Origin: Sphagnum compactum
Taxonomy: Eukaryota
DNA length: 64,000 nucleotides
NCBI GenBank assembly: GCA_965153455.1
Contig: OZ234494.1
Location: 8,184,001 to 8,248,000, forward strand
Direction: 5' to 3'
The translations under genes were made by a program, and so were the position numbers. Below are positions 12,896-24,001 of this stretch, piece by piece (position 1 is the stretch's first letter; each line of letters starts with the position of its first letter). The notes beneath the pieces were generated by a model. It saw only the letters and a program-made list of their open reading frames with translations, was not told the origin of the DNA and ran no database searches.

Positions 12896-13481
12896 CTACT
12901 TTTTGAGGATAAAATTAAGGTTTTCTCTCTCTTGTGATCTCTTGTGATCTTTGTGAGGAATCAGCAGGTTGCAATTGAGTTGTTGTCTTGAGCAACGGTG
13001 CTATGCTCCCTTGTTGTTAGGGTTGTGTTATGGTTTCTTCACAATGAAGAAGTTCTTTATTTGTGTCAAGTTGTTTTTTTTAATAATTTATTATGATACT
13101 GTGATTTGTGGCACTTTGTTGATGTGAAGGTGATGTTAGTTGTAAGCCCTTAACACAAAGTGTGGCCATACTTTCAGTTTAAAAAAAAAGCCAAAACAGA
13201 TTTCCAAGTATAGATTGAAGAATTAAGAATCAGAAATTCACAAAAGGAAAGGAATGGAAAGATTTCAAACCTGTCCTGTCTTGACAAGGCAATTTAATGT
13301 CAAAATTATAACCGATGCTAACTTGCTAGATTTTGTAAAACATTGTCACAATTTTTGCTTTGTATTATTTTGATTCCTTGCTAGGCTGAGAAAAAACCTT
13401 GTTCACTAATGTCACAATGATGTCGCATAAACAATAACTTACACAATCTGAAAAGTATTCTCTAACTTATCAAAGTAAGTT

Positions 13482-13564
13482 CCACTGAGTTTACTCTTCC
13501 ACTGGGTTGCTGATAAACCCTTCTCCTATACATCAGCAACCCAGTGGAAGAGTAAACTCAGTGG
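13482..13564. repeat. Perfect 33-bp inverted repeat with 17-nt loop (hairpin; miRNA-like or foldback)
   Basis: CCACTGAGTTTACTCTTCCACTGGGTTGCTGAT (13482-13514) is the exact reverse complement of 13532-13564. Confidence 0.9.
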
Positions 13565-13889
13565 TGGAGCTGAGCTCAAGTCCACTTCTAGTAAAGCTCA
13601 AAACAGAGGGTTTAATTGAGTGTAAAGGCCATGCTCAAATTTTGTAATAAAAAAGCAAGGCGTTTCAAAAAATGCAATGCTAGTGTTTCATTTTCTGAAA
13701 TTCTGCTGGATTTTTATGATCTACAATACACTCTCGAAATGTCCTAGAAAAATCTGAGGTCTTAATGTGTAGGGGAAAGTCCCAAAGTGGGGACATTCCC
13801 AAAACAAGGGGCTTAGGACAACAGCCAAGTCTAACCTCACATTTTAGGAATGTCCAACACCCATGGGCTTAAACCCCATTGTAAAGAAG

Positions 13890-14135
13890 CATGAGGCAGA
13901 TTCTATCCTGAACCTAAATACAGGTAGTAGATCACAAAACATAGGAGTGGGAGGGTTGTTACACCTACTCCATACGAGTGGGAGGGTTCTTACACAGATA
14001 ATGAGGCATAGGCAAATTTGATCCTGAACCTAAACATATGTAGATCAGAGGTGTAGGAACGAGAGAGTGGGAGGGATCTTACACCTACCATAGGCAAGAC
14101 AAGTAGGCATAAGATGTAAGATCCATCCCGGTGTT
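13890..14135. repeat. Internally duplicated repeat (atgaggca..atcctgaacctaaa..gagtgggaggg..ttacac)
   Basis: Two to three copies of gagtgggaggg(t/a)t(g/c)ttacac and atcctgaacctaaa modules. Confidence 0.65.
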
Positions 14136-14216
14136 TTATGGGAGAGATATCCATGGCCATAATAAGGTGTCGCCCTCCGAAATGCGATAGAAAAATTTGT
14201 TTTTAGTCATGCCTTA

Positions 14217-14575
14217 GAGCATCTCCACCCACGCTCAGTATGTGAACCTGCACTGGAACTCTTGGATGAGGTGCAGTAGTCAAATCCAGGGAATCCATTG
14301 GAAGACTGCTGTGGACCTGAACAAATGCACAGCTTTGAGAGCAGTGGAACAGTCTCTAACAAATAGAGTGAAACCCTATTTATTGACTATTCAGGGTTTC
14401 TGATTGGCTAGGTAGTTTGATTGGTCAGGTGGGTTGCTATGAGTAGTCTCCTACTTATGTGCAGTCCAAGTTTGAGTTTTAGGGGTGAGGTTGCAAAAAA
14501 GTAAAATAACTCCAACTTGGATGTGAGAAATATTTTTGCAGGGTCACATACTGAACATCGTACTTGGACATGCTC
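14217..14575. mobile_element. Tourist-like (PIF/Harbinger) MITE
   Basis: TIR GAGCATCTCCA..CTCAGTATGTGA / TCACATACTGA..TGGACATGCTC, with 3-bp TTA TSD on both sides. Same family as 23089-23470 but in opposite orientation. Confidence 0.85.
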
Positions 14576-15217
14576 TTACAGTTTACACACATACAGTACC
14601 ACACACAACAAGGGAATCACATTGTTTTTCCAGGCTTGAAAAACAGCAGCATTATTATGTTCCCAGTGATATAGGGCAGCTTGCAGTACTGTCTGACAGA
14701 TCTGTGATGTGAAGAAGTCCTCAGCAGCAGCAGCAGCAGCAGCAGCCAGCATGTGGGAAAATCTCTTGGATAATTCAACATTCAAAGAGGAAAGCTCATA
14801 ACAACACTAGTAAGTAAGTGTGTATTGTATAAGAAGCTGCTGCTGCTCTTACTGCAATAAGATAGTGCTGTTGCAACAGCAGAATCAATATCTAAGCTGA
14901 GTCCTTCCTTCTTCATTGCAACAAGTTTGCTTCATAACAGTTCCATTAACTTGGAAGAAAAATTTGAAAGAACGAGAGAGGGATTGAATTAGATGCGGAT
15001 CTTTTATCACCTTAGAAAAATCCTCGTGATAGTAGTACGAGTAGCCACCAAAAAAAGTAAAAATTGTTGGAAAGCTGCTGCAATAATATATCCATGAGCT
15101 TCGAGATTCGACCATTCCATGATGAGATTCAAGAATAAGAACTGGACTAGTATCTGAGTCTTCCGATTACTAGAAAAAGATTGAATATTGTTTGTATGTT
15201 TGTTTGTTTGCCTGCAG

Positions 15218-15679
15218 CTAGTGGAAGTCCGGAAACTGGTTTTTGAAGAACTGGTGGTTTCCCCACACCAGTTGCACAGCTCTGCATTGCTGGACCGTTT
15301 TAGTGGTGACGAACACCATCATGTCCTCGCAAGTATCCTTCATCTTTTCCACCAGCTGTCTGGCAGGCGGCTGCAGCGTCTCCTTCATCTCCTGGAGCTT
15401 GGCAAGCTTGGTCCTCAGCAACGCGTACCCTTGAATCGGCCATGTTCCCCCGCCGCGACATGACTCCTCGAACTCATCACCATCCGGCCCCTGCAGAGAG
15501 TCGTGATGAACTGCAGCTGAATCCTGCATCACCACCACCTCCGAGTTCATACTGCACGGCTGCTGCTGCTGATTATTGTCGGCTTTACTAGACCCCAGCT
15601 CCACTTCCTCTATCTCCTCTATCGTCGGAAGTCGCAGACAGCACTTGTAGGTCTTGATATACGACCTCCGCCTACCCAT
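15218..15679 (-). CDS. Uncharacterised single-exon protein (153 aa, MGRRRSYIKTYKCCLRLPTIEEIEE...)
   Basis: Open GC-rich frame from ATG 15679 to stop 15218, with promoter-like (CT)n and GC-rich tracts upstream (16100-16750). No family confidently recognised. Confidence 0.7.
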   Translation of the reverse strand: MGRRRSYIKTYKCCLRLPTIEEIEEVELGSSKADNNQQQQPCSMNSEVVVMQDSAAVHHDSLQGPDGDEFEESCRGGGTWPIQGYALLRTKLAKLQEMKETLQPPARQLVEKMKDTCEDMMVFVTTKTVQQCRAVQLVWGNHQFFKNQFPDFH

Positions 15680-16549
15680 GATCAGTACTAGTACCCAGAA
15701 ACGCCTCCTTCTACTCCTCCTCCTCCTTCTGCTGCTCAGATCCAAAACAGTAGTTGTGCTTCAAAACTCTTCCAGCTCAGATCCTCAACGCGGGCTTGCT
15801 CCTCCTGCTGCAAGTCCCAACTTGCACTCTAGAAATTCCTCCAGCTTTGGGAGTTGCACTCTAGACCTATAATTCCTCCTGCAGTTAGCTAGCTCGCTAG
15901 CTCCTCAGATCCAGAACACGGCTAGAAATATGTTGGCTTCAAAACATGGTCTGTAAACGCATGCAGTTCCTCCTGTTCCACACACAGTACTAGACAGCAA
16001 CTAGCTAGGTGTAGAATATCTGGAGAATATTGAAGATGACTAAAGCTGATCAGGAAAAACAACTGATCAAGATTGCTATGGTACTAGAGCTAAATCCCTG
16101 ATCAGCAGTGGGAGGAGACAGGGGACAGGAGAGAAGAGGAGACGAAAAAGGGCTGGTGTAGACGATGAACATTGCAGGCGCGCCGAAAGACGACAACACA
16201 CACAGGCTGGCGGTTTTGAACACTTGGGTGGTTCCAAAATTCCTTCCCTTCTCTCCGGCGCCCGCCCGCGTCGATTCCGTCCACAAGAGACGCGCGCGCG
16301 CATGCTATTTTCTTCTCTTCTCTAAATTTGAACAACCACCCATTTCGCCTAATTTGCTGCAGTCTGTTGTAACTACTACCAGCCAACCAGCCAGCCAGCC
16401 AGCCAGCCAGCCGCCCGCCGATTGGGCTAGCTGCCCGCTGCCATCATCAGCGACTTGTATATATCATCTCTCATCTTCTGTGATTGCTGCTGCTGCTCAA
16501 ATTCCTGCTGTTCAAACTCACAAGATAAGATTGCCATTCGAATCTAGCT

Positions 16550-16586
<37 letters not shown>

Positions 16587-17329
16587 TTTCAGACTTCTTC
16601 TTCTTCTCCTTCTCCAACAGGCAGGCAGGCAGCCATTATTATGGCCTGCCTGTTTGTTGCGCCTGCAGGCTGTTGCCAGGGGACCCATATTTCTGCACCC
16701 AACCAACAAGTTACAACCCATCACTGCTTGCTGCTTCTTTGTGCATAAGTTTTATTTTAAAAATAAAATAAATAAAATAAAATAAATAAAATAAATAAAA
16801 TAAATATGATAATTTATTTAGTTGAATAATTTTAATTTTTAAAAATTTATTTACTCAAAAAAATTTACAATTTTAACCTCCGGTTCCAGTTCCCAAACAA
16901 TTGGGAACCCCAGTTCCTATTCGATTTTTACTAATTGGAACCAAAGCTGGATGATCCCTACCAAACCTAGAACCAAAGTTGGTTCTAGGTCCGAATATAT
17001 CAGGCCTAAAGTCTAGGAGTATAATCTAGGCAGTAGTAGTAGGAGTTAAGGCTTCGGGTAGGGGCAGTTGGTGAGGCTAGAAAATTATTGTTAGGGTAGG
17101 GATCTTAAGGTTGTAAAAATTTTCAAATAACTTTTTGAATAAAACAAAAAAAAAAGGCTTTTAGGGTGAGAAGCTAGCATGTTTTTTGACAAAATATTTG
17201 AGATCCATTGTGTTTGAATTTTATCATGTTCTGGCCTTAGGGCGAGCATTTGACTTATAGTTTGATTGGTCTTCTTAACTTTTCGATTATATTTTGGGTT
17301 TTTTCTATAAGATTTTGGACACGATTTGG

Positions 17330-18050
17330 ACCACCACATCCATCAATTGCAGGTATCTCTTGATGTGTGCACACATCCCATTGATCCTATGGGTATCCAC
17401 CTCTTACATTGCGCCCAACAATGAACGCATAGGATCCCATGATGCAATTTGCGACATTTTTGTTGCCATTGGGCGATTCCACGTGGGACGAAAACAACTA
17501 TATGCACTTCCCTTAGCCACGTCCAACTCCTCTCATTGACGGGTTGACATTGTGTTCACCAAAGATGGAATTCGCACCTTAGCTAACATTGTCATTGCCA
17601 ACCCAACACAAGTAGATTTACTTCTTTGATCTTGTGCATTTCAAAGATTTGTTATCTTCGATGTAGTTCAAGCTAAAAAAAAGAACTAGCATGATCAATA
17701 CCCCACTGATCAATTCCTCCTTTTAACAATTAAGGTATTTGGATGTTTTCATAAATAGGTTGATGCGTTCTTACATGATTGTGCCTATGTTATGTGAAAC
17801 TTCAAAATGCCAAAGGGCCTTCCTTTTTATGTTTTGATTATTTTTCTTCGTAAAAAAAATTCAATTACATTATAAAGGATGCAAGCATCCTCCATCATAA
17901 ATTGGGCGATAACGGTAGGCCTAGCTATTTCCCGACTTCCACCCCATTAGGACACACCCCCCATCACCACGGCCGACTTATTGCAAGTAGTCAGTTGTTG
18001 AGATGGAGAGATTTTGTCGTTAATTTGTGATAACTTGATGCCCTATAAAT
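17330..18050 (+). mobile_element. Degenerate 3' end of an RLE-type (CRE-like) non-LTR retrotransposon
   Basis: Frameshifted translation gives CAH.IDPMGIHLLHC...ERIGSHDAICD (zinc-knuckle region), then RVDIVFTKDGIRTLANIVIANP and F..L.I.VFG (restriction-like endonuclease motifs), with many stops. Confidence 0.75.
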
Positions 18051-18757
18051 TTTCCCTTTTCTTTTTTCTTTCTTCTTATTCATTTGTACATTTTTCAAAT
18101 TTGTAGTGTGTTTATAAATAAAATTTTTCAGGGTGTGATAAAGATTTAATGTCTCTCTCCCCAATCGCTCAAAGGGAACTACTCCACACACATAAAGGTG
18201 TTACATCATGCTTGCCTTTTTGCACTATTATTATTTTGTTCTATTTTTTTCACACTTGTTATTTGATGTTCTTTTTGCACGTTGCTCATGCTTTGTGCTC
18301 TTCTGTTCATGTTCAACAATCATCAAGCTTCAACTTCTATGTTTTAGTGAAGTAATTTTTTTGGTTTTCATTTTTTTTTTTGGTTTTGTTCATTGTTTTT
18401 GTTAGTGTGTCCTTTTTTTTGTTCATGTTTTAAGTTTTATTGTCTTGTGTTTGTTTCCATGAGTTAATTAGTTTTTGTTTATTTTGTTGTGTAGGATTTG
18501 TAACATAACATTTTTGCATTATAACATTACATTGTATAATATTCTTGCATTATGATGAGAACATGGAAAGGAAAAAAAAAAAACAAGATTTTTATTTTCT
18601 TTGTAACATTTTTCTTTGCATCATTTTTCTTTTGCTTAAATATCCTTGGCAACATGTTAAATTTTTGTAAAACCTACATTTGATTGAGTTTTTCCATCTT
18701 TGATTTGGTTGAACATTTTTTGTGAAAATTGGAAAAATAATGTAATATGAAAAATTC

Positions 18758-20300
18758 ATGAATGAAACTGTATTTGAAGATGAAATTATGGAAGAACTTC
18801 AAGAAAATTCAAGTTCACAAATTGAATTAAACACAATTTTAAATATTAATGAAAAAATAACTAAGTTAATTTTGGAGACATTACATGCTCAAAGGAAAAA
18901 ACGAAGACCTCATAATGGGAATGCTTTACGTTGGTTTTTTTTCTATGTCATTAATAACAAAGAAATTACAAACAAAGTACCCCAAATCATGCAATGTACA
19001 TACCTTATGTCATACCAAACTAGTGACCATAGAAAATCCAAGAACAAAATTAAGGAAGGGTCTAATATCATATTTTAAGCATTATGCCAAAACATAATTT
19101 TCATGATTGGTCCTACTTGAGTTGAATTGGACTTGTTGTTTTTACCATTTTTAATTGTAGAAAAAGTCTTTTTTCCATGTGTATATATATATATATGCAT
19201 AGTCATAGATGTCATGTTTTAGCACAATGAAGACAAATGGAATAACATTTTTGAAAAAACATGTGAATACAAAACATTCAATAATTTCTCCTTTAAAAAA
19301 GGATGATGTGGAATAAAAAATGTTTGGGAATATCTTTCACTTTTGGTAATGGAGAATCATTTGCCCTTACAATTTGTGGAGAACATGTGATTAAAACATT
19401 TGATCATGTATTTTAATTTTTTATTACAATTCCCTTCATGAATTTTTTTTTCACAAAATGTTTTGCTAGACATGGTGGAAAAAACCAAACAAATGTATGC
19501 ATTGCCAATGCTTGCAAATTGTCATTCTATCAATTTCATGGGCATTGGTTACCTAATGATGCCTTGCATGCAACAATAACCATGAGCTAAAAACTAAAAA
19601 AAGAATTTAAAATTGTACCTTCCATGGATAATTTGATGAAAGATGATTTTGGTGGTGGCCATGCTTGCATTTAACATCAAAAAGAAATATGTGATGTTTT
19701 GAACTATTTCTTTTCATTTCTATATATATATATAAAAGGAAAGCTAATATAATACATTATCTTTGATATTAAACCTTAGAATTAAGAGTCTTCGACTAGT
19801 TTCTTTATTTATAAGTTGAAAACATTGAGGAATATGACCCAAATGTTTTTTCCTATGCTTTTGATATGCCATTATGCATTACACCTTTTGGCAAAATCTA
19901 AGTTTGTGGCAAAGCAACCAAAGTGATGAAAATATAGTTTGGACATCTTTTAAAGGACTACAAGGACCAATGAGTCAACTAAAGAGTTTGTTAATATGGA
20001 GTTGCAAATTTAAGAGATATCAAGTAGATGTGAAAGACATTAAATGTCCTTTGTAGTGGTGGAGAAAATATGAATCAACTATTGGGTTTTCTTATTTGTC
20101 AAATCCTTGGCATGGTAGGATCTCAAATTGAAATTGGTATTTTTTTTCCTTAGTTGAGATACTTGCAAAATATTTGAGGAGATGTCGCTTGCAATCACAT
20201 AGCTTAGAGAAGTTAATATTTGTTAGCAAAAAATTCATTGAATTTGAACTACTAGGGTGAGTTGCACTTCACCTTCTAGCTTCATTGAGTTGAGTGAGAA
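18758..20300 (+). mobile_element. Degenerate hAT transposase
   Basis: BED-like N-terminal W.FF...MQC segment (18758-19097). C-terminal hAT dimerisation-like KCPL*WWRKYES...QILGMVGSQIE...LRRCRLQ...LEKLIFVSK (20040-20235). Many stops and frameshifts. Confidence 0.8.
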
Positions 20301-21884
20301 AATGCAAAATTCTAATAAGGTTTGAAAAGTCTAAAAGTGAATGGGACTAAGTTGTTGACATTTGATGAATTAATCTATTTTATCTCCTTTTATAACCATT
20401 TGTCCTGAATAAAATTATTGGACTTTGAAATAAGAGAGTGAGGACCACCTTAGAGAGGAGCATGAGGAGAAGGGGGTGTAGTTAGGATTTGAACTCTTTC
20501 ATTTCTTACCCTCAGCCACTAGAGTAGCTGAATGACCTCACACTTCATTTCTTTGGCTTGTTTCATTCACAAAGGAACTGTAGCTTGTTCACTTTAGTTT
20601 GTTGGCCTTGTCCTACCAAGGCAAGGATATTGTGTTTAGATTCATTATAGAGTATAGTAGCTTAAGGGAATTTGGCCCCTACTAGGTAATAATAATAATA
20701 ATAATAGGTCTATTTTTATATGAGGATTTTTGAAAGATGATATTTTGGTTTGTGTTCAAACTTGAGATTAGTTATAGAATTATAATATCTTGAAGGATTT
20801 TGGTTTCTTTTAGAGGATTTTTTGAAGATTAATATATTTTTGCATGGTGAAAATATTTGAGTTTCCATAATTCTTCTTTTGCCTTCTTAAGATACTTTTT
20901 AATGTAAAATGGCAAGGCCACAGTGTGGTACACCCCTTGTTAGCTTTACCTGTCCATTGCTTTGTCTTTTTTGGACCTTTTTGGTTTTTGCAAGCTTCAC
21001 TATTGAACTTGTTTGTTTCAGTTGGTGCCCATCTTTTTTGCAGCTCTTCTCATTCTCTCCACTCCTCTCAATTGATTCACGAATGAACTAGTATGAAGTA
21101 GCAAGAAGTTCTTTGAGTTTTTGAAATAACTGGTACCCGGAGGTTCTTATTCTTTACTACCATAGTATCTTTTCAAGTTCAGCAAAAATCAAATTATTTG
21201 TTTTAAATGTCGAAATTTTAGAAAATTTAGGTCCTTTTTATTGAAAAATTTAAAAACTATTGTTTATTGAAGCTGAAATTTATTTACCAGCGTGTCTTAT
21301 GGGCCTAACAATGTAGTCCTGAGGAGAATGGCACTGTCGCAGGGTTTTTTATTTTTTTTAAAAAAATTTGTGTATGCAATAAATCTAAAAAATAAACCCC
21401 TCTCTAATGCCTGATGGTATGCTAGTGGTTAGTACAATATTTCCTGCGAGGGAGGTTCTTGAATCAAAATTTGTGTCGCAATGCAAAAAGTGTGTGAAAA
21501 ACATGCAGATATTTTTTAATTTGATAAAGTTTTGTCAAATTTTCAATTTTATTTTCTTTTGCAACAAAATCAAAATTTCAAAATAAAATAATTATTTGAC
21601 AATGAGATGCAGAACCTGAAAAAGGTCCTACTTCTATATATAGTAGAGTTATCTGTAAAGTCAGGCGATTAAGGGCCGAGAATGGCCAATTTCGGTATAA
21701 TAGCACATCAAAAGCATAACTGGGAGTGAAAATTTTACAACGCCTGATAACTGGGACCCAAACTAGTTTTTCCACCAATTTTGGTGGTGGTAAATTGAGT
21801 TTCATCCTGTCTTTCTTTTTTCCTGAAGGCTCCTGAGTGCCTTCAGTGCTGTTGTATATATTTTCACTGCTCTTACCTGTGCAA

Positions 21885-22690
21885 TCTTATATATAAAAGC
21901 AAACGTGGTGTCTGTGTGTCCGTCTATGTGTCACAAGACGTTCTGCGTTTTAACATTACGTCGGAACCGGCGGCAGTTAGGGCAGTTGGGAAACATCTTT
22001 AAAAAGCAAATCTTATATATAAAAGCAAACGTGGTGTCTGTCTGTGTGGACAAAAATTGGGCAGTGCTTGGAAGATTCTTCCAGTCATTGCCCGTTCCCT
22101 GTGGAGCTGGTCTGTAGTAGATGGCAAAATAAGATAGGTGAGGTGATAATCAGGGCACAAAATCAACACCCACGGCACATATAATCCTATATATATATAA
22201 GATATCTTATATATAAAAGCAAACGTGGTGTCTTTCTGTCTGTCTGTCGAGGTCCTAAAACGGGATCTGTCCGTCTGTCGAGGTCCTAAAACCCAGATCC
22301 CGTCTGTCTGTCTGTCGAGGTCCTGAAACCCAGATCTCGTCTGTCCGCCTGTCCATCTGTCTTAAACCCCTAAACCACATCCCCAAGAAGAAGAAGAAAA
22401 ACAAGACGAGGTCCTGAAACGAACGAGGTCCTCAAAACCTTCGAGGACCTGAACCGAGGTGGCCAGTACCCGGTCCAAAACTCGAGACGGACTTGAAACG
22501 AGGTTCCCAAAAAGAAAACCCGTCGTTGGGGACCTGAAACGAGGTCCTCAGAAAAAAAACCCGTCGTTGGGGACCTGAAACGAGGTCCTTAGAAAGGCCA
22601 AAAAAAACAGCGACCAGGGCAGCCGCTGCGGGGGGCCGGGCGAGGTGCCACGGGTGGCTGGAGTGGCGTAGCCACGGGTCACAACACTCG
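21885..22690 (+). mobile_element. Non-autonomous Helitron with three stacked 5' ends
   Basis: a|TCTTATATATAAAAGCAAACGTGGTGTCT occurs at 21885, 22011 and 22205. A 3' hairpin GTGGC-gta-GCCAC lies ~12 nt before CTCG|t (CTRR-like end). Internal cgaggtcct repeats are present. Confidence 0.75.
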
Positions 22691-23088
22691 TTGCTATAAT
22701 TACTCTGGAACCTTGTGCATCAAATGTTGAGTTTCAGCATTTCATACTGAGATTTAATACAATTTCCTTACTTTGTGAATACGGCTAAAAGAGAGGGTGA
22801 AGACAGGTTGACGTTCTGGACAACTCTATTTTTTCAAGAAACTGGAACCCACAATTCTTTGATTTGAACTTTCAAAGAGTCAATTGGAGTCCGGTAACAA
22901 AATCAAAATACCTTCACGATATTGGGGGTAACTTTTAACGAGTCTTGATATTGTATTGACATTTGAACATACCAGCCTGATCTGAGTATCAGATTTTTTT
23001 AGGGTTTTTTTTTCCCCCCTTGCATACCAGGCAGGTACTGGTATTGGGTACTTTAAAAAACTTTCATACCAATCTGGTCTTGATATAA

Positions 23089-23470
23089 GAGCATCTCCAG
23101 CGGTGCTCAGTATGTGACCCTGAGAAAAGATTTTAAACATCCAAGTTTAGTTATGTACTCTTTTGCAACTCCACCAATAAAACTGAAACTGGGACAGCAA
23201 ATAGGTGGGGGACTACTAATAGCAAACCACATGGACCAATCATTATGATGGACAAATCAGAAACACTGAGACAGCAGTTAGATCATATTTATTACACTCT
23301 TTTCTCTGCAGGTGCACAGCGCTGCTGCGCCTCCCTCGTATGAGCCACGGTAACGTGCGCAATTATGCTGAGCCAAACCATTTTTTCCTGAGTCAAACCG
23401 GTACAGGGTGGATTTTCTTCATCCGTTTTTACTGTGCAGGATCACATACTGAGCACCGCTGGAGATGCTC
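23089..23470. mobile_element. Tourist-like MITE (family of 14217-14575)
   Basis: 29-bp perfect TIR GAGCATCTCCAGCGGTGCTCAGTATGTGA. TAA lies to the left and tcTAA to the right. Confidence 0.85.
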
Positions 23471-23540
23471 TCTAAGGCCGGTATTGCCTCATCTCACACC
23501 AGACTGGTAGGGTATATAACCTTGCTACCAGTGTTGATAC

Positions 23541-24001
23541 CCGGTGTTGACTGGTTAGTGCTTTTTATAATATCCACTGGGTAAGGTTTTTTCTTTTTTG
23601 AAAAAAAAACACACAACTCAGACCACAAAGGTTATCAGTATCAATATCAATTCTGTTGGTTGCTGGCTAGGTTATCAAAAAATGGAGTGCTAACCGTTGG
23701 TTACGCATAAGGATAGGTTATCAAATAACCAGTTATAACCGCCTGTTATCCTACTGGTCATCATCAGCCAGTTATAAGGTTTTTTAGAATTTTAAATTCT
23801 GTATGTAATTTTTGTGTGTGTTAGTGTGTGAAGATTAATAACCTACCTGGATGATAATCAGGTGTCATCCAAGCAAGTTATTAGATATTTGAAAATTCAA
23901 TATCAGGCAGTTATCAACGCAACCAGTTATTAAAAAATATATATATGTCAACAACCGACTTGATAACCGGGGTCAAAAACTCAATAACCGGCCAACACTG
24001 G
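23541..24001. mobile_element. hAT-type MITE
   Basis: TIR CCGGTGTTGACTGGTTA / TAACCGGCCAACACTGG with an exact 8-bp TSD GTTGATAC (23533-23540, 24002-24009). Internal ggttat/ataacc repeats. Confidence 0.8.

Noticed and set aside
16165..16785. 206-aa ORF
   Set aside because: It is made of (CCAG)n, (CT)n and (CTT)n microsatellites in a promoter or UTR region, with no protein features.
21410..21480. tRNA-like A/B box spacing
   Set aside because: No cloverleaf can be formed. At most it is a decayed SINE-like fragment.
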